From assembly GCA_000708835.1 (NCBI GenBank), contig DF236952.1, positions 459,623-523,622 on the forward strand: a DNA stretch of 64,000 nucleotides. The letters run 5' to 3'. This DNA is from Klebsormidium nitens. Taxonomy: Eukaryota > Plantae > Klebsormidiophyceae. The notes beneath the pieces were generated by a model that had not been told where the DNA came from, did no database searches, and saw only the letters and a program-made list of their open reading frames with translations. Shown in pieces: positions 39,176-50,871 of this stretch (positions are counted from its first letter, which is position 1; the number at the start of each line of letters is the position of its first letter). The translations under genes and the position numbers were made by a program.

Positions 39176-40324
39176 CTACTCAACCCAACTCGCATTGTAC
39201 CATAGGGTAGACCCCTCGTGAAAGCCTTCCGAGTCTTCCACAAACCCAAGCGACTGCAACAAGGGCGGGATCTCGTCCCTCCTCTTCCCGCTCATCTCCA
39301 CCATAAGCACATGCAACTCAATCTTAGACCAGTCCATCGACTCCAGTATCAGCATCTCCGCTCCCTCGACATCCAGGCTGAAGAAGTCGATCCGCGTCAC
39401 GCCCGCGAGGTTGATGTACTTGCCGAGCGGCCCGCACGGCACGAGCACGGAACCATTCCCGTGCTCACCCGCAAAGTTGTCCAAGAAGTGCTCGGTCATT
39501 TGGGACCGGTCGCCGGACACCGCCGACCCCCGCGCCGGGAAGGAAAGCATGCCCCCGTCCTCCGCGCACCCGGCCATCCAAAGCCGGCGCGTGCCCTCTC
39601 GGTTGCGGTTCTTTTTCAGAGTGAAGAAATTGTCCGGTTGGCCTTCTACCATGACTCCGCTCCACCCGAGACACTGCTCGTAAAAGAGGCTGTTGCTGAA
39701 ACTGATCCCGTCCAACCCCCCCATCTCAAAGAAGACGCCGTCGCGCTTGATCGCGGGCTTGCTAAAGAACTTGGTGAACACGTGCTTGTCTTCTCCAAAC
39801 TGGCTCCCACCGGGCCCGGCCAAACAGTCCGGGAAGGTGATGCCGGGAAACCGGCGCGCCACGTTCTGGGGGTCCCGCACGACCTCCGCATAGAGCTCCG
39901 CAGTTTTCACAAGGCTGGAATGCACGACTTCCAGGGACTTAGCCATCAGCGCGCGCTCGCCCTCAATCCTTGCCTGCAACTCTAGCAGCTTTTGCACCTT
40001 GGCCCGTCTGCTCGTCTTTGCACTCTGTAGAGCGGTCACCTCCAAAGCTGTCCCCAGGGTCGTCTTACACCGCATGTCAGGTGAATACGCGACCTGGCTG
40101 TATACGCTGATTTCTGGAGTGACCCAACGAGTGAATCCGATGCAAACTAGGATGACCAGGCAAAGGGCCGGCAGAGTCCAAATCTGTTTGGATGAGGAGA
40201 AGGCCCGCCCCCAGCGAGAAGGAGAACGGGGATGGGAGCGCTCCATTGAATCTGCGTTGCGTAATGCCAGGATTGCTGAGGGAGCCGGTGAATGCTGGCC
40301 TGACCCTTTATAAACGATGCTCAC
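39176..40324 (-). CDS. FkbM-family (Methyltransf_21, Star-like) SAM-dependent methyltransferase with an N-terminal TM anchor; single exon, 382 aa (start could be a later Met)
   Basis: Uninterrupted GC-rich ORF. TM segment LPALCLVILVCIGF, motif I FFEMGGLDGISFSNS, WSGVMVEGQP, and IDFFSLDVEGAEMLILESMDW..IELHVLMVE typical of FkbM proteins. Confidence 0.88.
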   Translation of the reverse strand: MSIVYKGSGQHSPAPSAILALRNADSMERSHPRSPSRWGRAFSSSKQIWTLPALCLVILVCIGFTRWVTPEISVYSQVAYSPDMRCKTTLGTALEVTALQSAKTSRRAKVQKLLELQARIEGERALMAKSLEVVHSSLVKTAELYAEVVRDPQNVARRFPGITFPDCLAGPGGSQFGEDKHVFTKFFSKPAIKRDGVFFEMGGLDGISFSNSLFYEQCLGWSGVMVEGQPDNFFTLKKNRNREGTRRLWMAGCAEDGGMLSFPARGSAVSGDRSQMTEHFLDNFAGEHGNGSVLVPCGPLGKYINLAGVTRIDFFSLDVEGAEMLILESMDWSKIELHVLMVEMSGKRRDEIPPLLQSLGFVEDSEGFHEGSTLWYNASWVE

Positions 40325-42136
40325 TAACTTAACGGATCTGATACAAGAGTGTCAATAGAATCTTGCTAACCATACCACTACTCTATAGATAACGGGCTGA
40401 TAGGCAAGACGGTGAGCTTGTCACAGGTGGTTCAGCAGTGAAGACAAAGCTGCAGACTGCTTCCAATGTGCAGTAGCCACGATCCAGAAGATCAGTGGGT
40501 TTCCATTGGCAGTACCCCAATGCTTGCCCGTTTGCTGATATACTAATTCTTGCTTAGGAACCAGAAAAAGACCCAGAAATCACAGAAGCGGTGTGCACAA
40601 CATCCAGCTCGCGGGCCTGCAAGCATCGACAGTTGGCAATTGAACCAACGTGACCCCTGATCGATGCCGCGCTCTCTAAGTTGAACTTGAAGCCTAGCTT
40701 TCTCTCTTGCATAAAAGACGTATCCTCGCCTGAAGTGGCCAGCCTTTTATGGATTCAGCAGCTGCTACTACAGTGCTAGGAGAGCCAGGATGAGGCTGCG
40801 GCGCGCAGGCAGCTGTGCGTCACTGTGAACAGTCACTGTCGGTGTTACCGGTACAATACGTGCACTCAATTGTACACAGATGTACAAGGAAAAGGTGTCT
40901 ATCCGACTCGCCGATCATAGGCACCGGGGTCCGGGGCCCGGGGCGGCCGCGGGGTGTAAAATTGCGGCGCGTCAAATATTGCAATGATTGTGCGCCGAAA
41001 CCTCGGTGCCAATAATTGGTCCATACCGTACCTCCACAATCAGGTACTCGCGTCCTGGCAGTGGAAGTGAAGTTGATCGATGGACCTCTACCGGGATTCC
41101 CGTGAACCAAAGGAGATTGCTCTAGAGCTTTTGCAAATTTGCGGCATGCAACATGTGCAAGGCCTTTGGAATTCGTTCTAGTATCTGATTTCGGTATTTT
41201 TGTGCTTCGCCCACGAAAATTGATTGATGAAACGCGGGCCTTCGCAGAACTTATGCGTTACCCACCAAAGAGAGCCATCATAGTTAATCCGCGCCTTAGA
41301 ATAGTGATTGCATAATACCTACTTAATAATAATAGTACTGACAATTTCAGTAGGTAACCCGATTTGCTGACGTTTTGCTGCGTTTTGCCCTGAACATTTT
41401 GCACATTATCCTACGGAATGAGTCGGAATGACCCATTAGGCTATCAGCAGCAGGCCGCCTCAGCCACTCATGTCAGTACCGCCGTACCGGTACCTACCAC
41501 TGCATGATGTACAACGTGCGCTCCTTGAACTTTCCTGCTGCCGAGGGGTGACGTTGCAGATCGCTGTCGACACACCAGCGCCGCATTCATGAGCAAACAG
41601 GAAGCTCCAGTCTCCTCCTCCTACCTACCGCGGTACTCGAAAGCTCTTCAAATGCCTCGACGGCCCTGAGGCTGTAGGCCTTTTATGAGCTGTCCTCTCA
41701 TAGAGTGAGGCGGGCTTTTTTGCTCGCTTTGATCGTTGAGCTGTTGTGCATAAAGTTGTAAATAAGAAGCACGTTTCGCCGCCTGCTGATTCAGAGCAAA
41801 CCAAGAGCCGTGTTGCGACAGAACGCTCTCGTGGCTTCCACCCGGCGCAGGAGTCGTCCATCACAGCAGCCTACACAACATGGGTGCAAACGCCCTGTGT
41901 GGACGTCAGATCTAGCACCAGACTGCCCTCCACTCTAAGGACCTTGGCTCTCAATAGAGATCTGCAACAACGGAGTTGCAGAAACAGAAAGCATTCTGGC
42001 ATCTGGCGCGACTTAGGACGAATGAACCTAGCTACTGCACTGGCAAGGTATCCGGTTCGGGGGTCCATTTAGCATTTCCCTTGTTGGAGATTGAATCGGA
42101 TATCCAGACTTACCAACGTTCGCAAGCAGAAAGACC

Positions 42137-45100
42137 ATGGTGTATGTTTTGGACAGCAATTTCTTGGCCATTACGGCCATTGTTACGGTGAGCCCAGCTC
42201 CGGCGCCTCACTCCCAGCTAATTAGGGTTAGGGTTTTGGTGGCGGTTTTGGAACCAACAATCAAAAGTTTGCAGGTTGATTGAGACTTAATGAGGTTCGT
42301 CTTGCGGATGCTGGGATGGGGCCAGAATCGCAAGCAAGTGAAGCATGACCAAGATTGTCGTTTGAGTACTGCCCCGGCATCGCCAATCTGGTGAAGGAGA
42401 AGGTCCCTGAAAACACAGATGTTCCTGTGACCTCGTTGATCAAACTTCTGCTGTTTGAAAGTCAGGGTGGTAGCTCTGTTGACGAGTTTGAGCAGAGCTG
42501 CAGTTGCTGAGCTCAAGTTTTTGGAGAGCTTTCGTTTTTTGTTCCCTCGGCTGATCACAGTTCAGCCAGCTTTCGATGACCATAACCAGAGCCTGATTGC
42601 TGACAAGCGTGTTCAAAAAGGCGGGCTAGAAGTTGGCCAACTTTCTGTCTTAATGCAAAGATGTGGCGAACTCTCCAATTGATTTGACGATCTACCACCA
42701 TTTTGTGAGAGCCCTCTGACCCGAGAACTTGTGAACTGATGGAGGTTTGGTCTTCCTTTGGCCACGATGCTTTTGCCTTCCGCTTTCAGCTGCCCTTCGG
42801 CCCCTTTTAAGGTAGGCATACCACTTCAAGTCTTGAAGATCTGTGGTGTTCAGATCATCTGTGAATGTCGAGGAGATAAACACAAGCGTTGCGGACCCAC
42901 TTTCAAACGAAGGGCGTGTTTTTAGCACTCACACATGAGTCCTTTTCCACAGGTTGCATACCAGGTAACTTTTTTCATCATAGCCTGGAGCTTCAAGTTC
43001 GACAAAGTCACAGACTTTGCAGGTAAGCCCCATGGGAGGCTCCTTGAAGATACCCATTCTTAGGACTCGACCACGTATCGCGCAGTTGTCGCCAGCTTAT
43101 GCCAGAACGAAGATTCTTTCTATTGAAGGATGGCCGTTCGCAACCTCCCTGGGTATGACCAGAACCCTTTCTCAGTATCCCCACAATCGTCAGACAAAGC
43201 TCTGCGCGGCTTCATGAGGCGCAGAACAGGTCTTTTCAAAGATGTCACAGCAAGTGCACAACTCCGCTGTGCACTGCTTCCGGATCTGACAGAAGCCCCT
43301 GCTTTCTCCTTTCACACAGCCTGCAAGCTATGGAGACAACGTGCCTACACGAAAGCACAGGCTGGTCCATATGGGGATTCAACTTGTGGTAATCTAATAT
43401 TGCTCCCCAACAGGCCGGGCCTGCCACTGATTGAACTAGCTGACTTCTAAGGACATGCCCAAGGAAATATCTCTTCATGTTGCTATCATCTCTTGCCTAA
43501 GGCTTGTTCTCCTCCGATCCAGGTGGTACCAATTTCGTTGTTCTTGCAATCTTGACCTTCTTCCTGGGGGCAACGTGGCATGCTCGTCAGGTGAGCGCCA
43601 GCAGCAACTATTCGTATTCAATCCTCTGGTCTTCTCTCAAGGCTTTTGCCTGGCATGCTATGGTAGTGCCAGTCCGGTCTTCCCTCTTTTCTGCAACGCT
43701 GCTCAAAGCGCTGTCGCCAAAGCAGCCGGAGACAAAGTGATGTGGACGCGATTGCCTGAGTACGAGATGTGTGCTTCCATCATCATTACAAGATTCCTTG
43801 TTGGGTATTGTCATTTCAATCGGGTTGTGCAAAATGCATAATGTGCATGAGTTCTGGCCTGTGTTACAAGGGCTGGTAGCCAAGACGGGTCAGGACTTAT
43901 GGCAGATACACGTTTTCCGATCCCGGATGCTGTCAGATCAGATGAGTCAATACAAAAGCTTTCGTTTTCGTCCCCTAACTCGTTGGTGGCCGCTGTGTCT
44001 GTTTCGGAAATGAAAGCCGAGCATGGTCGTACTTCCGAGCAAGTTGAAGTAGACACCAGATCTTGTTACTTGTGAGGCTTGTGCTGATTGCCGTGCTGTT
44101 CTAGTCTCCAAAGCACTTGGATTAGTGAGAGTCCCAGAAAGATCTTGATCTCTCGTGAGCTCAAATGCGAACTGACTTTGTTCCAACGGCTTCGTTTTCA
44201 TAGATTTTGATCGCGTTGGTTCGTGCTGAAACCCATGCCTTTCGATTCTGCAGATCGTGTTGACTCTGTTTGTCATCGTGTGGGGCGTTCGGCTAGGGGG
44301 CTTCCTCCTAATGCGGTGAGTGAGCTCTGGGGTGTTTCTTTGCAATAGAGGTTTGCTTTACCCCAGTCGGAATGTCAAGTCCCTTTATCAACAAAAAGAC
44401 TACTGGGATAGTGGCTTGTACCAATCTGAGCTCGCTGTGGGGGGGGAAATTCCGACCTTATATCGGTGTGGGGGGGTGATTCCGAACTTATACACCACAG
44501 TCTGTTGACCACCCAAGTGGGTACTGAATTTCAGGTGAAAGGGCTGCCCGAAGTTGCATCTTCTCAGTCCCAGCCTAATGACCTTACAAGGGCAGCGAGC
44601 CGGATTTAACACATCATATGAGGTGTTTCATGAACGTTCAACGTGATGGAAAGTAGCATTTCGACTCGGTTTGGCGAACGCGACACGGATGAAGAACGGT
44701 GGTTCTGATTCAGGGTGCGAAGATTTCAAGACTTCTACGGTTTCTGTGCATTGGTACTTTTGATCTCAGCTCCTGATTTATCTCTTTTTTCTTGGTGTTC
44801 CTTTTCAGGGAAACGCTCTTAGAAAACAAATTCATCCTGTAAATCCGCAAAGTTTCAGCTGTTTATAGACCCCTCCGACACTGGCAACGGACTCACCGCG
44901 GCTTCTTTGGTGCTTGTGCAGGATCCTTCAATGGGGGGCGGACACCCGCTTCGACGAAACCCGAGAGAACTTCTGGAAGTTTGCGGCTTTCTGGGTGTTC
45001 CAAGTACAGGCCCTGCGCCTCCTTTCTCGCCCAGCCTACTTCTTCTTTACCCTCGGAAGTTTAGAATCTTGGGGTTTTCGTACCATTTTGGAGTCAGGAT

Positions 45101-48100
45101 TATCCGCACTTTGCTGGTCGGTACCAGTCTCGCAGGTTGGGAATCGCCGTCTGACGGCGGGCAAGGAGTGGGCTCTTTCACTTTCCCGCCTAATGCGGTT
45201 TCGATCTGTATCATTACAACACTTCTCTTTCTCTGGCGTCTTGTGAATACGCTTGTCAGCGTAGGTAGTTTCTTCCCGGACGGAATCGGGCAGACATGCA
45301 AGTCCAGCGTACTGTAGCTGTCAACTGCGTCGTGAATCCCGATCACACTTGCCAATCGTATTTGTAATTCTTCTATCGGTTCCGATGACGTCAACAATCA
45401 CTCAGGATATCGTCGGCTGCCGCTGTTGAGTTGTTTGACGGTTACTGGGATGGCTCCAGCAATAGTCAGCACCCACCCATCAGTCAGTGTTCTTTTTATG
45501 CCGTAGAGGTGCTGACCTTGACCTTCCGTTCGGTTCGTTCTAATTCTAACGTCACCTTCCCTTAAGATCGCTCATCAGCACGTCGTCGTCGGCTCGCACC
45601 GGAACTTGAACACCCTGCGGCGCAGCTGGTGTTGATTCTCGCGGCTTCTTGACGGTCATGATTCGCTTTTGGAAATGACACCTTGTCTCTTCTACCTGAA
45701 GCTCTGTCACTTTCCTTCGCCTGGCTACGAAAGCCGACTGTTTTTACCACTTGATAGGTCCAATACCCACCTCCTGAAACCTTCGAAATCTTTCTCTTTC
45801 ATTGCACAGGCCGTCTGGGTTTGCACGTTTTCTCTCCCCTTCACCATCGTCAATGTCAAACTTTGCTTAGCTGGCACTCAACCCAATCAAGCTCCAAGTC
45901 CTGTTTACGAAACCCAACTGTTCTTGACCATATTTGCCCTCAAAAACCGTTACGTTTGCAAACGTTGAAAATATTTTTCCTCAATGCACAGGCGATCTGG
46001 GTGTTCACTGTTTCCCTCCCCCTCACCATCGTCAACGCCACGCTGCGCAACCCTAGCTTGGGCGCAGCGGACTACGTGGGCTGGGTCATGTGGGGCGTGG
46101 GGTTTCTGTTCGAAGTGTTCGCCGACCAGCAAAAGCTCAACTTCAAGAAGGACCGGGCCAACAAGGGGCGCTGGTGCGACGTCGGCGTGTGGGGCTACTC
46201 GCGGCATCCAAACTACTTCGGCGAGGTGAGCATCGAAGGGAGTAGTGTTCGAAGTTTTGGGAAAGTCTGCGGGGCTTACTTCACCGTTTTCCGAACGGTT
46301 CGAGCCCTTTCTTCTATAATCACTCGAATGGCGGTAAGACTATTTCAGCTAGGTGGGCTGTGACCGGAGCGCTTTTCGTGTTGCGGGCCCTTGTTTGGGA
46401 GCTGCTTGTTGCAGGATTCCGGCCTTTTGTTCTCGTTCTACTCTCGGCATCCATACTACTGGCGAAGTGGGCTCTACACAATTTGTTGCCCACAGTTTTT
46501 GGCAGAGGCTGCGGGTTTAATCTGAAGGTTTCTAGATTTCAACCCTTCCAGCCTTTGTGTCTGTGTCCGGCCTTGAAGACGCCGCGGAACGAGTAGTGAT
46601 TCAGCGTTCTTCGTTTGAGGGGCTCATACCCAGATTGAGAGGACGCAGAAACGTCTTCCTCTGCCGATGCAACGCTGACAGGAAGCACCAGGAGACACAA
46701 AAGGTGGCAGCAGAAGACTTTAAAGAAACTCTGAAAACTGGCGGTTGGCTTCTGGCATTGCCGGAACTAGGTTTCGTGCTCTGCTTTCGCAGCTCAAGAT
46801 ATGGTAATGCATCTTCCTCTCCAGCACGCGAAAACGGAAGGAAAAACTATCAATCAACCGTGCTTTGGTTCTAGACTCCGCTGACTGGATATGTTCTCTT
46901 CTCCCGCAGCTCATGATGTGGTGGGGCATCTTCGTCTCGAGCACGCGCGTGCTGCACAAAGGCCAGTGGGCCGCGGTCCTGGGTCCTATCACCATCACGA
47001 TAATCTTGCTATTTCTCAGCGGTATCCCGCTGTTAGAGGTGAGCCTCACGATGGGCCTCTTGGATTCCGGGCGCTTCCCTGGGCTTCTTTGCGGTTCACA
47101 ATCTTTTCGATTTTGGGGTGTAGTCCAAGGTCTGCTTCACGACTTGCTCATAAGAACTAGCCTAAGACTTTGTCTAGGTTCTGGCGTGCGAAAGATCGTT
47201 GTGTCGTTCCCAGGAACCCAGATTTTAACAGACAGCGAACGCTCCGAAGAAGGTTGAACTCCAAACCCGATCGGGCATCAGACATCTAACCCTAAACGCG
47301 TAGGGCTGTCAGTGAACATAAGATAGCTAACGGAAGACGAGTCTGCAAAGAGGTCCCGTCCTCAACGAGTACGCAGTCTCCAGTGACTCGCGCAGCCGAA
47401 GTTGACGTCAGCCTGACGGGTACGCGTCTTTCGTACAGGCGTCCGCGGACAAGAACCACGGGGGAAAGCCGGAGTACGCTTTGTACAAACGGCGGACGAG
47501 GTGAGTAGATTTGGAAGCTTCCAGCCGTTGATTCGAGATTTTTGAATGCTCCTCGTTCAGTATTAACGAAACCGTGTCGATTCTCCTCAAGATGTCACAA
47601 GGATTTCGGATTCGGAGTCTGCCAAGGGCGTTCGTTGCTCGGTGTCGCTGTTTTCCGTAGGATGACGCCACAGAGTTGCAAATCTTTTGAGCACCTTGGT
47701 TGAAGGCCCGGTTTTCAAGATTAAGAATTTTGGCAAGCTGGAAACTCTGAGCGCTTTTACTGTGATGAGTTTCTCCACTCGGGTCCAGCCGTTAAATCGA
47801 AGTGCTGAGCTAGCCGTTGAAAACCACTACAAAAATCTTAAAGAAAATGGGCCGTGAATTTTGAATTGTCAGGTTTACACTCACTGCTTTGTTTCCTTGC
47901 GGAACAGGCGACTACGAGAGCTTTGGGCCGCTTGAGAGGGACGGAGGAGCTAGGTTTCTCACTGTCCTCAGCGGACCCTATGGTGTGGCGTGTCTTTCTT
48001 GTGCCTTCCCCGGCTTTGTCCCTGATCACACTCTTCGCGCTGTGAGCCACACGTTTAATCGCCGGCTGACACCTAATTGCGAACAAGCATGGCTCCTAAC

Positions 48101-48308
48101 ACTTCTTCCGACTGACTCCCGCTTACGCCAATTGCATCTGACGTTGTGTCCTCTGTGTACTTGCAGTCCGTTGATACCCCTTCCCCCGGCACTCTACAAG
48201 AGACTGCCTGGCTGGGCGAAGCTCGTCTTCTTGTTTGAGCTGCCGTTGTACAACTCCAAGCTTGAGCCAACAAAGGAGTCGCTCCAAGCGGGAGGCGACG
48301 CCGTATGA
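42137..48308 (+). CDS. DUF1295 / steroid 5-alpha-reductase-like integral membrane protein, ~9 exons
   Basis: MVYVLDSNFLAITAIVT|VAYQVTFFIIAWSFKFDKVTDFAG|GTNFVVLA..WHARQ|IVLTLFVIVWGVRLGGFLLMR|ILQWGADTRFDE..FWVFQ|AIWVFTVSLP..ADQQK..GRWCDVGVWGYSRHPNYFGE|LMMWWG..SGIPLLE|ASADK..YKRRTS|PLIPLP..LFELPLY. The WxYSRHPNYFGE signature is present. Confidence 0.92.
45801..45870 (+). pseudogene. Intronic degenerate duplicate of a DUF1295 acceptor site and exon start (pseudo-exon)
   Basis: tgcacag|GCCGTCTGGGTTTGCACGTTTTCTCTCCCCTTCACCATCGTCAAT (AVWVCTFSLPFTIVN) lies 182 nt upstream of the true tgcacag|GCGATCTGGGTGTTCACTGTTTCCCTCCCCCTCACCATCGTCAAC (AIWVFTVSLPLTIVN). The copy runs into a stop at 45966-45968. 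Confidence 0.8.
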
Positions 48309-50667
48309 CAAGTGGTGTATGTTTGTGCATACATCTGCGGACTTTGCGCAAGCTGGTTTCCGCAAGATCCAGATAAATCTAGCGCTAAATCTATGGGTAC
48401 AAAGGAGGTAGATTCAGGCACATTGTCTGAGCATTGACATGGTTCATGCACTTACGCATGTGACTGTAGCGGCGTTAGTCAAAAGGTAATTCTTGCATGA
48501 CTTGACGGTAACTATGCATTTTGGCGGTAAGTTTTTGTATCCCGGATGCCGCATGCGTACAGCTTAGTAGGTGGCAGTGAAGCGAGTTGAAGCAATTCTG
48601 GATGATCATACTGGTGATTTCGACTCAGAGGGTCGGATCAGTGCACTTTCTGAACAAGGAAGGCTACGTACGGCTGACTTCAAGTTCCATCCTTTAATTG
48701 GTCATGGGAATCGTCGTGCAGCTTCTCGGGGCAAGCTTGAAGGCTTACCATTTTCCCGTGGCCTCTTGAAACTTTCTCCTAGCTGTCTCAGTCGATTGGG
48801 AGTCAAAGGATTCATATCAGCCTTTCATTGTTGTCATGATCAGCCAACTGCTTTCATTCTCCTTGAATGTGCATCTGCTGGAAATTCAGCTTCATATTTG
48901 GCCAGGGCCATCATGCATTTGAATGGAGCGTGGAATAAACAAGGGGAGAGGATCGTATGCCTCCCTCTTCTAACGATCATAGAGCAGTTTACTACAAAAG
49001 TGCGCCTAGCTGCCGCTAAAGGACTGCGTGGGGGTTCTCAGTGCTAGATAGCCTGCCCTCCGCCTATAGAGCCCCTATTTCAATCGGCGCCCGGTCTGCC
49101 TACATGTTTGGCCGTTTATACACGCTTATATGTTAAGAGACCGAGTGTGTCAGATCAATCACTGAGTTTTAGGGTTTTCTCTTGTGGGGCGTGCATTTAC
49201 AAGTTAGCCCCTCAGTAGCCGGATATGGCCCGAGCTTCTGTCCAGCTTTGAGTATGTCTAGACATGCTTTATTGGCATGTTGGCAGTGCCTGGCAAGAAC
49301 TTGACAAAGCTTGCCCGCCCACGAAGAGGGAGCGAAGAGGCCTCATGTGAGATGCAGGAAGGCTCGAGTGGGCTCGAAGGCGCCTGAGGGCAGCCCTCGA
49401 ATTTACCGAAAAAAGGATAGTCCGAGCTTTGCAGGAACGGAAGCTGACTCGCGAGTGATGGAGTGAATTGCGTCTCAGGATCAAGCGTGCGGCTTTGGTA
49501 GCATGAGTATACAATGACGTCAGTAGGACATGTGAAAGCCGTCGATCGGAATGGTGAAGCCAATCGGAGGGCTCCAAGTTCCAATCTCGAAACCGAAGTC
49601 CGAAAAGATTGGAATCCGAAATCCGGCTCAATGATTGAAAGCTGCAAAATTCCAACCCTGACTCAGGCTGGCAAAGCCAAACGAAGTCAAACAGTCGAGC
49701 AGCTGCCAGCAAGCCTCGATTACTTCTTGCCTGATCTGCTAAGTAGTATAATGTGTAGGCCAGTGCCTTCATAAAAGCAGTCTCCGGCATATGCAGCAGT
49801 AATCGCAGACGGGCAGTCGGTCTGTTGCGCAGTCCGCACCACAAGTTTGAGTCTTCTCCTCAATTCGTCTTTCCCTCACGCTAACACGATCAAATCAAGG
49901 ACTTGCCAGGGCAAGCTGAACGCCCGTCAATATCGTCGAAAGGTGAAAGCCATGCTGCAGATTGTGCTGGAAGCAAGAGAAAATTGATTGTGCTTCACTG
50001 CTTGCCTCATCTTTTTCAGTGATTGCCTGATTCCACAACATTTCTAAAGTTGCTTGAAGTAGAATGGCTGCAGCATGCATCTGGTGCCTGTCATCTGCCT
50101 CTGAGTTTTCCTGCTGCGGAACAGTACACTGGTTGAGACTTGTAGCTTGATCAAGGCCACACTAGTTGTGGCTGAATGCATCAGCTAGAAAGCTGACCTC
50201 CTTCCAACGAGTGGTCGTCCTTCAATCAGAGCTTTTGTCGTTCCAGTGTGTATGAAAAGTACAAGCGTCTCAATGCTTTCGAATCATGGTCCTAGATTGT
50301 ACATATCACCAATACAAGTACAGTTTCTATGCGCTCGCAAAAACCTCAGGGACAGAAAAAGTCCCTTTTGGAGCTGCATCGGAGAATGTGTCTCCATTTT
50401 TTGTGAGAAAGGACCCGCAATGAGTCGCAAATCTACAGGAGTCTTGTATCATTGGCTTCGGAGTGCCTCGGACCATGTGCCAACGTCACATACCAGAAAC
50501 GGAAGCATGCTGTGGCACCTATTCTAGCGCATCAAGTCAAGCTTAGAAAAACCGCTCATACTCTGCGTCTTCCATATGTTTCACGGTCTGAGACAGGTGC
50601 CATGTCCTTTGGACAGACATGAGCCCCTGACTCTCCTTTTGAAGTCTCATTTTCACAAACTGCGGAA

Positions 50668-50823
50668 ATGCTTCCATCAAAAGTACATGCTTCTAGTACA
50701 TGCTTCTAGTACATGCTTCCATCAAAAGTACATGCTTCCATCAAAGTACATGCTTCCATCAAAGTACATGCTTCCATCAAAAGTACATGCTTCTAGTACA
50801 TGCTTCCATCAAAAGTACATGAT
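50668..50823. repeat. Minisatellite with variant units CATGCTTCCATCAAA(A)GTA / CATGCTTCTAGTA (~9 units), ~50 bp upstream of the SnoaL-like gene ATG
   Basis: Units of 13, 18 and 19 bp read directly from the sequence. Confidence 0.9.
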
Positions 50824-50871
50824 CTGATGCCCTTCCATCCTTCCTTTTTTTGTCTTCTTGCAGCAAAGAAC

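Noticed and set aside
38695-39221. ORFs of 118 aa (-) and 169 aa (+) between VTE4 and FkbM
   Set aside because: No recognisable motifs; likely 3' UTR or intergenic sequence of the convergent genes.
39218-39985. 255-aa plus-strand ORF
   Set aside because: Antisense shadow of the GC-rich FkbM coding sequence.
40840-41490. Possible element bounded by ACCGGTAC motifs between FkbM and DUF1295
   Set aside because: The terminal match is only ~8 bp and partly palindromic; insufficient for a TIR call.
42232-42243. TTAGGGTTAGGG interstitial telomere-like hexamers
   Set aside because: Only two units; expected by chance.
44436-44492. ~31-bp tandem duplication with G-runs in a DUF1295 intron
   Set aside because: Only two copies, no TIRs or target duplication; probably a local duplication or TE scrap.
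48571-50200. Several 60-190 aa ORFs between DUF1295 and the SnoaL-like gene
   Set aside because: Fragmented, no family motifs and no coherent exon chain. A decayed gene cannot be excluded.
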